Position numbers and translations under genes: made by a program. Below the pieces are notes generated by a model, which was not told the DNA's origin, did no database searches, and saw only the letters and a program-made list of their open reading frames with translations. This document shows, piece by piece, positions 1 through 14,075 of a stretch of 64,000 nt of DNA (positions are counted from its first letter, which is position 1; the number at the start of each line of letters is the position of its first letter). Source of the stretch: Epiperipatus broadwayi (lineage: Eukaryota; Animalia; Onychophora); contig JAQFVV010000009.1 of the NCBI GenBank assembly GCA_028023455.1, positions 15,562,001-15,626,000 on the forward strand, in the 5' to 3' direction.

Positions 1-2
1 CA

Positions 3-215
3 GATTTGAACCCTCCAAATGACATCAAGAGAAAAATCAAGGAAGCTTGTTTTATCACCAATGATATCAATTCAATAAATAGAAAAGACACTTGTTTTGC
101 CATTTCCAGAAAATGGATAATATAGAAGATAATTTTGCATACATTTGCATATAATGACATTAATAATCTAAGAGAATATGATTATGGAGTAACAAAACTC
201 TGAAAGCGCTTAGTC
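3..215 (+). mobile_element. Penelope-like element 3' remnant: C-terminus of GIY-YIG endonuclease plus tail
   Basis: Frame 3 reads DIKRKIKEACFITNDINSINRKD..ISRKW*, matching the PLE GIY-YIG C-terminal pattern RKIKEAxxI..xNRDxG..W (same pattern at 31040-31261); followed by a hammerhead-like motif at ~175-215. Confidence 0.7.
175..215 (+). ncRNA. Degenerate minimal hammerhead ribozyme-like motif in PLE tail
   Basis: TGATTAT-GGAG-TAACAAAA-CTCT-GAAAGCGCTTAG: stem II GAG/CTC, GAAA, palindromic stem III AAGCGCTT; the CUGAnGA box is mutated. Confidence 0.4.
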
Positions 216-1449
216 TGCAGAAATTATGATATTGAAAGCCTACAGAAATTATTATATAAAGAAGTTTCACCGCAACGCATCAGCGTGTTATTAATAAACT
301 CATTCAATAAAAACATTTTTAGAATCAGGTGACATAATATCATGGGTCTATATATTTAAACCAATAAATATCACATGACCACCCCTATAAAAATGTCAGT
401 AAAAAACTAACGTAGCAACACCATACTTCAAAACTTCTCCAGGATCTGCAGCCTTTTTTTTCTAAGATTATAAAGAACTGCTTTATCTTCATAAACTTGA
501 TGTATTTGTCCAAATTTAAATGAGTGAATTGGTTGTACGTAAACCTATAAGCAGATATCAGAATCCTTATATCATTATTTATAAAATGCAAACTACTCCC
601 TCTTCATACAAAAAATGGCTGAAATATAAGACTACTATCAACTAATTAAATTGGATTAAAATACCTTATAAATAGATATCAAAATTCTTATATCATTAAT
701 CAGAAAAGTGCTCAAACTATTTCTTTTATACATTAAAAATAACAATCTTGGTCATATAAAAGAATATCATCAATTAGTTCAATTGGATTATATTATCATT
801 TTTCAGATTTAGACATCATATTCATAGCATCAATTTTTTTTTTAAAAAGCAAATCCTATCAAAAAATAATTACATCTATATTGCAATTTTAATTCATTAC
901 TCATTTTTAAGTTTTCTTGACAATTATTGAACTTCTACTTTTAAATTCTTGCACTGCTTATGAAATGAAATTCCACATTCATTTTATTATTCTGCTAAGT
1001 AGAATAATGTTGTGTTTCCTTTTAATCATGTCATTAAAAATACATTGCTAGTATCCTTTTTAAGTTAATGCTTAAACTCATTTAGCACACTATTTACGAG
1101 AATGCTTTCTCTCAATTGAAATCTAAATTGCAATTTTAGTGTTTAACAACTTTTGAAATTTAGTTTTGTTTCTAAAACTGAAATAAATTTTCTATCTATC
1201 AACATGTTTAGAATAAGATGTATTTTTTAATACGACTATCATTTTGACTTTGAGTCTTACTAATATGTTTTCTATTCTATAATTGTTCCAGTAGCTGCTC
1301 CACAATATCAACTTATTTTATGTTTTAACTCCAAATTTTAACATAATCATAAGATAGTATATAAATGCATCAAACATATTTTACAAAGATTTTTTTGTCT
1401 GACAAAGTATTCTCAGTAGTCAATCCATCTATTGTGCAAAAATTAAACA

Positions 1450-2900
1450 ACAAAAAAACCATCAAAGTTTCCAGAGCCGATAGCATTATTTCTAATAACT
1501 TTGAGTTATAATTTATTGTCAATCAATATAAGCATTAAAACTTCCAAGTAAAAAAAAAAAAAATTTTTAATGGTAGTGATGTAATCATTCTATCCAACAA
1601 AGAATCAATTTTGTTTTAATATGAATTTTTTGAATCTAACATTGATAAAATGAGCACAAGTACATTATGCAAAATATTTTTTTAATATCATTAGTCTTAT
1701 ATTAACACATCTAGAAAGTCCAAGAGCAGAATATATCATATGAATTCAATACCATGCAGTTTACTTTCATTTGATAATCAATCTGTCCAAAAAATTTACA
1801 CTCAAAATATATCACTTATTAAAAATAAAATTTGCTGCATTTTAATAAGAAAAAATATTTAAAAACCATTTCCTATTATACTAAAAAATTAATAGCATTT
1901 TTTGAACTCATAGGTAACACTAATAAAAACTAATAAATCTTCATACTAATATGTGAAAAGAAGCTAATATTAGAAGTTTGAACTTATAATTAAAATATTA
2001 TCTTTGAATGAGACTGAGAAAATTATACAGAATATTTCAGTGAAGATTGAAATAGTGGTTAATATTGTGTTTATGTAAAGTGCTTAGCAGTATTATAATA
2101 TCTAAATCTAGATAAAACATGCCAAGAATAATGTCAGAATAGCATATAGGTAAAGATCTAGATGAAAGATGTCAATAATATCAAAATATTATATAGATAA
2201 ATGAATAACCAAGGAATAATAAGATTTAATATGAAGAGCTAGAGTACAGAATAATAGTAAACTCAAGCTTATAAAATTGCCAACTCCAGAACGAACTGTT
2301 TCATAGTTGTTGTCAACTTTTGAAGTAAAATATAAAAGAAATCTAAAATGCTTGGATATAGCTAAGATTTGAAGAAGCTGAATATAGAATAAAACATTTT
2401 ACTTTCAGACATTTTAGGTTTTTTCTGTACTTCATACAAATGGGCAAAAGTCATAAAACAATGCATATTACAGAATTAAAAACTTTATATTCTAGAATAA
2501 ATTACTTGCTTATAAACTACTCAACTCCTTAATGAAATCTTTTTATGGTTATTGCCTTATGCTAAGACAAAAAAAGAGAAGCTTAAATTTACTAGATATA
2601 ATCAAGAGTCTGAATATAAAATGTCCTAATCATTTTATATCATGCTTCTGAGGAAGTTAAAAGTGATAAAATATCAGAAAAAGCAGATTATCATTTGATT
2701 GCAATGCTATCAACAACTTTCTAGATTTCCTGTTCCAAGTCTATGTATTAAAAGAATGTATGTTAAAAAATATTAAGATTAATTCAGATATGTAATATTT
2801 AGATTATTTTCAACCATTACCAACCAGCTTCAGTTGATTGATAATGATTGGAAATGACAATCTAAGTTTAATTTAGTTTCTTTTCTCCATATCATAACAG
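1450..2900 (+). mobile_element. Highly degenerate non-LTR retrotransposon RT region (possibly R4/Dong-like)
   Basis: Short peptide islands (ESPRAEYI; KVLSSIII) in the order expected for non-LTR RT N-terminal motifs; many stops and frameshifts. Confidence 0.3.
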
Positions 2901-2949
2901 CAAACTTTGTTATCCATCTATCTCACATATTTTCCATTTTTATGTCTTA

Positions 2950-4900
2950 AAGTCTCTTGGAATCCAGTTTACAAGTTCTATTTCCACTTATTATCATCAA
3001 TTATAACATTTATAATCCAGCTTCATTTCAGCTTTATAATTTTTTCAATGATAATAATGTTTGTTCTCTCTTCCATACATTGCATTTCCGATATCCCCAT
3101 GTTACACCCAACATATATCATATCAAAGTGTGCTGTGTTATGAAATCCCTGAATTGCTTTTCTACTAACAATTATACATATATACTGGTAAAATATATTT
3201 ATTAATTAATTTATTTTTAAATAAATAGACGTTTCTTTTAATATTATCTCTATCAAAAATGCCCCATTTAAATTTGATTCTATGATTAATTTTATCCATT
3301 TCCATTTGTATTGATAATCTAACCAATGCATTTGTAGTTTTATAACCTAATTCACTACTACCAATCTTTATTTTCTTTTCTTTTTTGATATTTTGATTAG
3401 ACATTGAACATTATTTTAGATATATTAACATCATCCTATTTTTTTGCTTTCATTTAATAATTCTTGTAACATTTTCTGAAATACTAAAATATTTATTAAA
3501 TACTAAAATATTTATTAAAAGTCATATTATCTGCAAAAATTTAAATGACTTTAAGTAATCTCTATTTACTTTTGTTTTGTTAGCTTCCATTTTAATCTAT
3601 AATCGTTTCTTGTAAAATTGCTATAAAAAATTTTGGAAATATAGAATCACCCTGTTAAATACCCTAATTAACATTAACCTTCTTAGAATCATTGTATAAT
3701 CTAATCACTGTTAGTGAATTTTGATAAATATTCTTCAGGATTTGACAATATCCTGGATCAATGACTTGATATTCCAAAGCTTTAATCATTGCCAAAATAC
3801 TTATAGAATCAAGCATCTTCTTGCAACCTAAAAATTCAATGCAAAACAGCAACTCATACTCATCTGCTCTTTATACAATTTTTCTTAATAATTACATAGT
3901 TTATTGAATGCTCTTTTCAATTGGTTTGAATCTATATAAATGAGTTGTAATGATCTTAATAAAGATTTTGTATAAAACTAATAGAATATTTTCTTTTTCA
4001 TCTTTCTTAAATATCAAAATCACCATTTCATTTTCAGAACCCTTAACACATCTTTCCTATACAGATATTTTTTTAACTTTTCACTTGCTTCTTTTAAAAT
4101 ATCTATAATGATTCCATCATTTTCTAAAGATGTTTTCATTTAAAATATTTTGCATTTTAAAAGAGTTTGTAATTGTTGGGATTACTTTCTTGTTTTTAAT
4201 TACTGGATAATTCTTTATAGAACTGAAATTTTCTATACACTTCACAATCTGACAATTCTTTTATAATGGTTAATTCTTATAACAATTATATTTTCTTACA
4301 TTACCAGTAATACTTTTTCATACCATTTTAGAGACTCATTTTCTCCAAAGAGATCATTTTTAAATATTTTAATATTTCTATTTTACTTTATATATTGCTT
4401 TATCTGGCGTGAAAATTTACTGGTAACTCATTTTTTATATCATTTATCTAAATAGCAGTCCTTAATAAAGTATTAAGTTATCTTCTTATTAAACATAATC
4501 AAATCTGAATCATCACTGAATTCTATTAATATTTTTAAATGATTTGCAAGTTCTAGTATAAATTCATTGGAATGTTTCTGAAAGTTGGGAATTACAACTG
4601 TTAATACTGTCTTTCTTGATAGCTTTTGTTTGTCTAGCTTTGTAGTAACACAACATATCTTATGAATTGGTAATCTGTGACTTTGAGATGGCTTCATGGT
4701 TCCAAGTTCATTTTTGCTTTGAAATTTTCTCAAAAAAAAAAAAAAATGTATAATTCTGTATACAGATTTTCTTTTCTGCAAATTCCACAAGTCATTGATT
4801 TTCTTTATTTTTTAGTCTCCATATCCAAATTTACTCACAATATTCCCACATTTCAATTGTTTTTCCCATTTTAGCATTAAAATCTTTTACATCATGGAAA
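2950..4900 (-). mobile_element. Degenerate RTE-type LINE (RT and C-terminal region)
   Basis: ORF 3664-3852 DSISILAMIKALEYQVIDPGYCQILKNIYQ then I*QGDSI (QGD motif, ~3640-3660); ORF 3165-3404 INHRIKFKWGIF..YILPVYMY resembles RTE post-RT RRIxxAWxxF..ILPVxxYG. Confidence 0.7.
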
Positions 4901-5639
4901 ATATTTAGATAATTAGCTATGTTTAGAACAAGGCTAAATAGTATTCAAGTTTAATTCTTGGTAATTTAGAAGCCAGATCATGTAATGTTTTCTCCATTCG
5001 TTGAAAACTTGGAATAAATAAAATATGCATATATTAAAACTAAAATATTAAAATTAAGAATTATAAGAATAATCAATAACCTAAAATGCATATATTAAAC
5101 TATTTTCAATTCCTAAAATTATGGCAATGATAATTCTAATTTTAAAAAAGTCTTTATTTAATTAAAAGATTATAAATATTGCTATTAAATTATTCAATTT
5201 GTTGAACACATCTATGGTTTTATGAATTTTTTTAGTTTAGTGATTCAATTTTACTTAATTAATTCTTGCTTGTCTTTTACAAAGTCTACTTTAATATAAC
5301 AATAAAGCCATTATTCAAGGCTTTAATAGGTTTATAAATGTGTGTTATTAATCTCACAATCCTTGGTCAAGTTGCAATCTTTAGTGTCTATATAAACAAA
5401 GGTGGAGCCATATTTGTTATTTAAGGAGATTGATTGCCTTGATTACAGGTTGAAATTGTTGTTAGCTTAAGATTTATTCTTATTAAAGTCTACTTTAATA
5501 TGAAGCATTATAATTAAGAAATCATATGCTTTAGATAAACTATCATTTATTCATTATTTATATTTCATGAATGTTTCTGATTGAGTAACAAATGATTAAC
5601 ATGGCTTGACAGTTATATATATATATCAGTATTCTATTA

Positions 5640-7020
5640 AGTAGTAAAAGTTTCATATATCCATAACTATTATAATGAGTAATATATATACGATATATAT
5701 TTCACACAAATAATATTACAAGTATAAAGAAAACAAATAAATGAAATACAATAAATAAATCAAATGGATATTGAGTTTATTGGCTAAATACTTTCGAAGG
5801 AATACCTTCATTATCAAAGCTGTGTGCTAAATAAATTATGAAGTAAGACCGTTGCTATGAAATGCAAAGTGTATGCAAATTACGTTTGCCATTTTTTGGA
5901 TATTGCATAACACGTGCCTCTTTTGTTTATCAAATTACAGTCCAAATTAATGAAATAGGCTTCTTTGATCTTTCTCTTTAAGTCGTGGCATTCCTTGCAT
6001 ACAACTCGAGAGTTGTCTGGGATGCAGGGGTGGCCTGTGGATGTGCTGTGCTGAGCGAAGATAGAGGTGTGCGTGGGTCTGTTTGTGCTTTATTATAAGC
6101 ATATGTGTGCTGTGAGAGCCTGGTGTAATGTTGTCTTCGTTTCCCCATAATATGATGTGAGGCAATTATCATATGGACATGTTATATTATATACTGCTTG
6201 CTGTGTGTGTGTATTGGGGGAAGCTGATCTGTAGTATTGTTAAGTATTCTATTAAAGTTGAGAGGAGTGCAATAGCACAAGCTGAAATTATCGTGAAAAA
6301 TTGTGTATAAATTCTTGGGTATGTTCCTTGTGTATGGGAGGATTTGAAGTTGGTTCTGTGTGTTTGCTGGGTTAGGTTGGCGTTTGAAGGTTCAGATTGT
6401 GTTGTTTATGTTTTTTCTGTTATATTTCACCTTTAATAAGTCCACTTGATACATTTTGTGTTAGCGTTTTTATCAGCTTTGAAGCTGCACAGATTGGAAT
6501 TTCTGTAAAGAAATGCCCTCAGACCAGCTGTTTTATAAGTTCTGGGGGTGTTTGATTGATGATGGATGTGGCCTCTTATGTGTATTGGCTTGATTAGCAT
6601 TTTGTAGTGGAAGCATTGGGGTTCAATGTGCACATTCAAGTCTAGGTATTTGACAGAATTACAAGCATCTTGATATATTGTATTTATAATCAGACCTGTG
6701 TCAGTGTTCAAGTCTGTCTTTATGTCTTTCTATGGTTTCAAGGAATGCATCTATGAAAATATCATCGACATAGTGAGTGTACAATATGAGGTCTGTGGAA
6801 AGGTATCTGGGGATGATGATCTGCTCATATACATTAAGGACGATGCTGGCTATAATTCCGCTCATAGGAAGCCCCATCGGCCGACCATTGCCCATGTGGT
6901 ACCACTATTGGTCAAATATAGCATAAATGTTTTTGTCTAGCCATTGCAGGAATGTCACTACAAATTGTATGCGATGCTGGTGCATGCCATAGGTTTTTAA
7001 TGTTCTTTTAATGTGGAATG
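5640..7020 (-). mobile_element. Penelope-like element, 5'-truncated and frameshifted (RT C-half, thumb, GIY-YIG, tail)
   Basis: ORF 6701-6895 GRPMGLPMSGIIA..YTHYVDDIF (PLE RT motifs); ORF 6433-6711 KYLDL..HQSNTP..K.AGL..FLYR; near 6130-6180 CPYDNCLTSYYGETKT (GIY-YIG); hammerhead-like motif at 5783-5820. Confidence 0.85.
5783..5820 (-). ncRNA. Degenerate hammerhead-like motif in PLE tail
   Basis: Minus strand TTTGATAAT-GAAGG-TATT-CCTTC-GAAAGT: perfect 5-bp stem II followed directly by GAAA; 5' core box mutated. Confidence 0.45.
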
Positions 7021-9120
7021 CTAGATCACTAAAATCATATTGAAATAATTAATGTTCGACAAAACAAAAATTCTACTTCAATTACTACATCTTTAGAAAA
7101 ATAGTATAAATATTACCTCTTGTAACCTATGGCAGGACTCAATAATATTTTGGTGAAAAATTATTTGAATGTTCATGGATCCATAAAATAATGTTAATTA
7201 AATTATACTGAAAATAATGTTCTCCAAAGTAAAGACTGCACTTCAGTCAATACATTTTTAGGATAATACATTAATATTCCATTTAAATTGCTCAGAATCT
7301 ATAAACTCAACTTGATATTTTTTTATCCTAAATCATTCTCTAATCTTTATTCCATATCTTCTATGTAAAAAGAAAATATATATATTTTTTTAAAAATCAC
7401 ACCCATGACAGTAACCATATTATACTTTAATTTTTATTATGATAATCTTCATAATTTGTTCTTAAGTTATAATAATGAAAATCACTGCTGTTTTATTTTT
7501 GCTTGAGGATGACTGCCAAAAGACCAATCAAAATATAAAAATTTAAGCATAAAAATTCAAGAATAAAATATTGTAGTGCAATATATCTATATGCTCTTTA
7601 ATTATGTAACAGACCTCAAAACAACTCTAAAACAAAATGCTAGCAGAATAGATGGCAAGCAAAGATCACCAAAGATGTATATTTTAATATTAATATCATC
7701 TATATTCTTTATTACTTTTTATAATGCATTTTTACAACATACTATTGACTTGATTGCTCCAGAAATATTCGTCAGAAGTTCTATTTATATTTTGCTATAT
7801 GCTGATCCTATAGATATGAATACCTTTTATAAAATGTAGGCAAAATTTTTAATATACAGTATAGATATCAGGTTGGGGAATTAGGCAAAAGTGTATTGTA
7901 ATGAAACAATAACACAAGATCATAGGTAAAGGATATAGCTGCAATAAACACATCTACCTATCATCTAGGCTGAAATTTAATTCTACCAGAATTTTTAAAA
8001 AAAACCTCACTTCTTCAAATAAAAGAAAAATATCTTTTATGATAATTTCTATGATTTGTTTTTTCATTGTTTTAGTTTTTAATGAGGAGTGTTACAATTA
8101 ACAAACACTCATAGCTAATAAGTGTCTAGATATTCCTATTAGATAGTAGAACAAATATGGGAAAAAACTAAAATCATCACAACTGACAATTAACTAGCTT
8201 ATAAAGATTTTTTTTCACATTTCTTCCAGTTCTGGAATCTTTTCTTTGCAGTAGATTATTTATAGCTGATTCACCATCAATGATGAAACCTCATACTACA
8301 TCCTTAAGTTGTGTATATAGTATAATGGTTAACTAAAAAGACCTGTTTAGCTTATTAGTATATTTTTTATAATATATAAGTGTATATTTAAAATATAAAG
8401 CATTATATATATATTAAAAATGAAGAACCTATTTCTCCCCTACATATTGTTATAAAAAGTTAAAACTAGACTTTAAACAATATGCATTGAACATATTTCC
8501 ATTTAATTTTAAAATATGGAAAAAGATAAAACAGGGATGGAAGGAAACAATATATAAACAATTTTTAATTTAATAATCTCAAATTATTTCCTCTTATAAT
8601 CGTGAAATATGGACTCCAGTACGATGAAATTTATTATAAAGTTGTACTATAATTAAGCAGAGAATAAAAATAAAGTTTCCCGGGAGACTAAAATGCGATG
8701 AAAACACTTATGCAAACTGAAATATAATTAAATTATTTATTTAATTAAAAAAAATATTATTACATTCGTAACAAAAAAAAAAGCATTAAAAACTTTTTTA
8801 AGTTTATTAAAAAAAAAAACTGTCCAGCTTAAAAATCGAGCCTGACGATTAATTTATATAATTCAACGTATTATTTAAAAATATAAATATTAAGTAGATA
8901 ATTCACCATCTTTTCAGAAATATGAGTAATAAATAGACTGTGTCATATTCAACGACGCATTTATTTCCCAACTTATTGAAACAAAATGAAAAATTAATCA
9001 CTAATGGAGGACGAAATCAATGCTTTAAATAACCTACAGTTTTGTCATTAACTAATCAATAACATCATAACAGATTAAAATGTGGACATAGTTATTTACG
9101 CAAAAAAAAAAATCACTTAC

Positions 9121-9171
9121 CTTCTTTTTTAAATTTTCAATTTCAAATAAGTAAGGATTGGGAGTGGTCAT
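9121..9171 (-). CDS. Candidate first coding exon of an unidentified host gene (MTTPNPYLFEIENLKKK, phase 0)
   Basis: ATG at 9171, 17 open codons, strong donor AAG|GTAAGT at 9121/9120, directly downstream of a CCAAT/ETS promoter; downstream exons not found. Confidence 0.45.
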
Positions 9172-9199
9172 TGTGTCCGAACTATCTCCTTTTTTTTTT

Positions 9200-9540
9200 A
9201 TTTACCAGTTTCTAAAAATAGTTTCCAAATTCACTACAAACCACGGCGGCTGAAAAACTGACCAATCACGGAATTTACAAAAAGTTGAAGTTAACAAGGT
9301 ATTTAATTTTCTTTAACCAAGTACGTTACTTCCGCCGTTTACCTGATGATTATGAACTTTGACAAAAAAAAAAATATATTGTTTAAACTTTACATGAATG
9401 AAAATTAGTTTGAATAAAAACTATCCAATCACAGTTAAGAAAATCGCCTCTTCTAAATCTTAATATGGTTTTGTACCACACCTCTGTACATTCTAGGCTG
9501 AAGGTTCGTAACGTGATGTCGCACATAACAGGTACTATTA
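9200..9540. promoter_or_regulatory. Housekeeping-type, possibly bidirectional promoter
   Basis: Local CpG enrichment; CCAATCA at ~9263 and ~9425; ETS-like ACTTCCG at ~9328; donor-like CAG|GTAC at ~9530 on +. Confidence 0.45.
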
Positions 9541-9889
9541 TGATAATTAATTTTCAAAAGCATTAGTATGCAGTTTATTGGAGTCTCTTTTATTGAACTA
9601 TCTTTTGGGGGAAATGTATATAATTTTTTAAGTGGAGTTTATTTAAATTTTATAAAAAGTTTTTTTCTCAAGTTTTTGAAATTATATTGCTATTAGTTTC
9701 GAAAAGTATTCATTGTCAGCAGTCGCTCCCTAACGAATATGAACATACCAAAAGAAAAAAAAATAGCAATATAAAAGCAATCCAAAAATAATAATATAGT
9801 AGTTTAAAGTTGACTATATAAATTAATCCGTATATAAAATCCATTTATTCTATTGGGCATTGGTATAAGCATATACAGTAATACCAAAA

Positions 9890-10545
9890 CCCTTCTCATT
9901 AAGTACTTTACAATGCAATCTATAAAATGAAATAAAATTTATTCCTTTATATTTGTTTACGGTTACAACTGCCCTAGAAATATATATGTATATTATAATT
10001 AATTACTGCATAATTAGAAATATTTAAAGTGATAGAAATAAGTTAAATTATTTAAAAGTTATAAAAAACAAAATATTTTATGCAAAAGAAATCAATCAAA
10101 AATAAGAAAATAGTAATATTTATAAAATTATTAAAAATGTATAAGGATATATAATTTCTGGATTCATTGAAAAATTTGTATTTTCTAAAATCTGTAATAT
10201 AGGATGTTATTCTAAGGAAGTATGGAAATTGCTTATACTGAATGTTTTCTATATATGTAAATAGTCCACACCCATGGTCGAGTGTATCGGTTGCTTGAGC
10301 TAGAATGGAGGATGAATAGACTGAAAAATCCTGAGTTCAAATCCTCTATTTACAAATATAGGGTGTTGTATATAATGTCTTTTATAATTATATATATATA
10401 TGAATAAATAGGCACTAATTGTATAGTATATATATTTGAATATTGTAGTTCTGATTATGATTGCTGTACAATTAAAACCATAAACAAAAATAAATAAATT
10501 ACCTTTTATTTTATAGATTGCATTGTAAAATATTTAATAATGGTG
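9890..10545. mobile_element. Fold-back element with central tRNA-like Pol III head and degenerate hammerhead
   Basis: Inverted arms ~9895-9970 and ~10460-10545 (TACAATGCAATCTATAAAAT shared); A box TGGTCGAGTG 10275, B box GAGTTCAAATCC 10333; CTGATTAT-GATTG-CTGTA-CAATT-AAAAC at 10451-10478. Confidence 0.5.
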
Positions 10546-13500
10546 TAAATAGTATTATATATAATCCGTATTTCACCCATATGACTATATATGTGACATG
10601 CTGGGTCTATTAATCAGTTTATTTGGAAACTCGTGATGTTGTCTTATAATTATTTTCTGAAACACTTTTTTTTCTGGAAGACTTCAACGTCTTGCCCCAT
10701 TATAGTTTCCCATTGCATTTTATCTTCAACTATATCTTTTAATCCAAACAATGTTGAGAATATATTACATGAGCAGAACTAATCGCTTTCATGAAAACCA
10801 TACTCAACTTTTTTTTTAAGATGTCACCAATTCACTATACATGTCTAATCTAACAATGATGTGATCTTTACCATAATTCTCTATAAAATCACATCCAGCA
10901 AATTAAAAAACATTGATTGATTTTATGATCATGCTATTTTATTTCTAGAATTTTAGAAATATCCTTAAATTATTTTTTTCTAATATCTTTATTTTATATC
11001 AGCAAGAAATCCAGATCACAATTACCCAAAATAAATTAGGCAAATAACAGGTTTCTATATAGCTAATTTATATGTAGTCATTTTTACCACGGTGATAAAA
11101 TATTGTATCTCTTAATTTATTAAATTTTACAACAGCATATAGGAATCTGTTTTATACATGTAACTTTACCTTTTTTATTTTAAAGCTACCAAGATATTTA
11201 AATTGACTCACATTTTCAAATTTCTGAAGATTTTTTTTCCATCACCTGATGATAAAGAACACAAGTTTTCCAAATATTAATTACTTAATCAAAGTCTTAA
11301 TAAGTTGCAGTTAAATCTTAGGTACATTTTATAAATCATTTTTTTGAAGTTGTAAACATCGTGTAATCATTAGCATACTGCAAATCCAGAAACCAAGAAG
11401 TTATTTTTGTTTTTAATCCATTTAAATTAAAAATTTCATCATCAAATCTACGTCACATTTGTGCCTGATTCATGAAGTCATTTATAAACTGTTTCAAAGA
11501 TCACTATTTTCATTTCAAATGCTTAAATGTTTCCATCACTAGTAAGAATACTTCCCCATTTCCAACATGTAAATGCTGTATAATACACAAACTATAGTGG
11601 ACAATCATATAATGTCAGATGTTGTGGTAGACCTATTTGATTAATTAAATCAAATATCTTAACCAGAAAAAATAATATATAACTCATTCCTTTATTTCTG
11701 ACACTTTTTTTGCGTTTGCCTGACCAAAAAAAAAAATGCATTTTTTTTTAAATCACATTGAGTCTCTGATAATCATTTGTCTATCACTGGAAGTAATTTA
11801 ACAAAGTCCTTAAAAATATTTTCATTATATAGATATATGCTCTTTATTTTTATAAAGTGGGACAATAGATGCATTCTTAATATCAGGTGAATACAATTTC
11901 ATGATTCTGTATAGGGCTAAAAAAATTCCAGTAATTCTAAAACCAATCAACTTATCAGGATTTGCAGCCTTTCCATTTTCAAGATTGCAAAAAAATTGTT
12001 TTAACTTCAGCAAATTGGATAGGTATCTTAATTCTTGTATCATTGCCATATAAAAGAATATCATTCATTGATTCAATAGGATTATGATATTGTTTTTCAG
12101 ACATATATTACTTTCAATGCATCAAAAAAGATCCAAAGTGACCATGATCAATGAATGTCTGTATCTTCTATGCAGTTTTAATTGGCCAATCATTTTTAAA
12201 CCCTCTTATTATTTGTTGAACTTGTCTTTAAATATCTGTATTGTTTATGAAGCTCCACATTCAATTTATTATTTTCCAAACAGTAAAAGCCAAGTTTCAT
12301 TTTAATAAAGTCGGTAATAACAATATCATTCTCAGAATTATTCAGTATTCTTTTAGTTGAATTCAAGAATAGATCTATTTATATTCACATTATATTTCAT
12401 AAAAGAAATCCACATCTGAATAACATAACCATTCTGAAAATCCAAATTAAAAATTTTAATGTTTAATAGCTGTTGAAATTTTACAATATGTGGATGGAAG
12501 ACATTTTTAAAAAATGGATTTCAAATGTTTTATGGTCATGATTAGAATAATATATCAATAAAGAAAAAAGTGTATAAAAATAATATTTTATTATTAAATC
12601 AACTTCTGGATTATATAATTATAGAGAAAAAAAAATTGATAGCACTTTCAGGCAACTTTATATAAAGCAATTAGAAATTATTTGTCTAAGAAAAATAGAT
12701 ACATACTTAATTTCAAAATATAATAAATATGGAACTAGAGTACGAAATCATTATGTTCCTAAATTATTTAATAATTTACCAATTGAGGTGTAGTAAATCT
12801 AAGATTTCGCGCTGTAATATCGTAAATTAATAACTCAGTGAGTAATAAATGTATATGTTTATATATTCATGTTTTCAAGCCAAGATGCTTAAGACTGGCT
12901 TATATATATATAAAAGTTAAGTAAAAAAAAAGAGTGTATCATTTTTTTCTTATCAAAAAATCTCTGTCATGTGTCTAGGCCTGTTTGCTCCTCAGACCGC
13001 TGTTTAACAACTATTGGCTGTTTGAAAACAATAGTAAGGTGCATGTGAAAGAATAGCAACCTTTCAAGTCATTACTAATTTAATAACAACATGCGATTTA
13101 AAACAAATACTATTGAATTAAGAAGATTGCAATATTATAGGGAAATAAAAAAACATTTAAAAATATAATAAAGAAGGGGGGGGGGGGAATTAGTATATAG
13201 AAAAAATATGAGTATTTAATGCTATATAATCAATATTTTTATTATATAAATAATATGTAATTTATTCTTATTGTTTTATTACCATATTTTTTATTATGAT
13301 TAAAATTTCATGTAAATATCTAAAATGTTATAAAAATTTTCTTCTGCATAAATGTGCAACTAGGGCTTAGTAGGAGAAGAATGACATTTGTATTTGTGTA
13401 AATATATTTTGACTTGTATTTAAATGAATGATTGCAGTGGATATATTTATTTTAATAAACAATATTATTATTTATTATTTAAAATGATTATCATTTAACT

Positions 13501-13829
13501 TGGAGCAAACTAATCTATGATTAACAACAATTTGTACATGTAAATTTTTGTGTAACAAGAACTTCTCTTGTATTCTGATTTTTAACTGTAATGTAATCTA
13601 ATAAATGACATTGTTTTGAATGTGGATACATCCCTATTTTTATAGCAATTTTTTTGTGTAACAAAGTGTTTGTGATAGTCAATCCATGTCTTGTACAAAT
13701 GTGCAATAGCAGTGAATCATTTGAGTTTACAAACTGTTTTATCCGCCAGTCTGACTGTGCCAATGTTATATCCGCAAGTATGACTGTGCGGTCAGCAAAT
13801 AACTATGTTCAATTCCCACGATGTTCTCT

Positions 13830-14075
13830 TACAACGAATGCTCTGCTGCGAATGCTCTCCAAACGAATGGTCTGCAACGAATCCTCTGAATACACTCTGT
13901 ATTCTCTGCAACGGATGCTCTCCAATGAATGGTCTGCCATGGATGCTCTCCACTGAATGGTCTGCAATGAATGCTCTGCCGTGGATGCTCTCCAATGAAT
14001 GGTCTGCACCGAATGCTCTCCAACGAATGGTCTGCAAACAGATGCTCTCCAAACAAATGGTCTGCAATGAGTCTA
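13830..14075. repeat. Minisatellite, alternating ~14-bp units (GAATGCTCTCCAAC / GAATGGTCTGCAAC)
   Basis: Directly visible; flanked by 21-bp direct repeat GTTCAATTCCCACGATGTTCT (~13807, ~14095); explains the overlapping spurious ORFs. Confidence 0.9.

Noticed and set aside
7117-7327. Possible second exon of the 9171 gene (UBE2Q-like VEFIDSEQFKWNI)
   Set aside because: All frames contain stops between plausible splice sites; similarity too weak.
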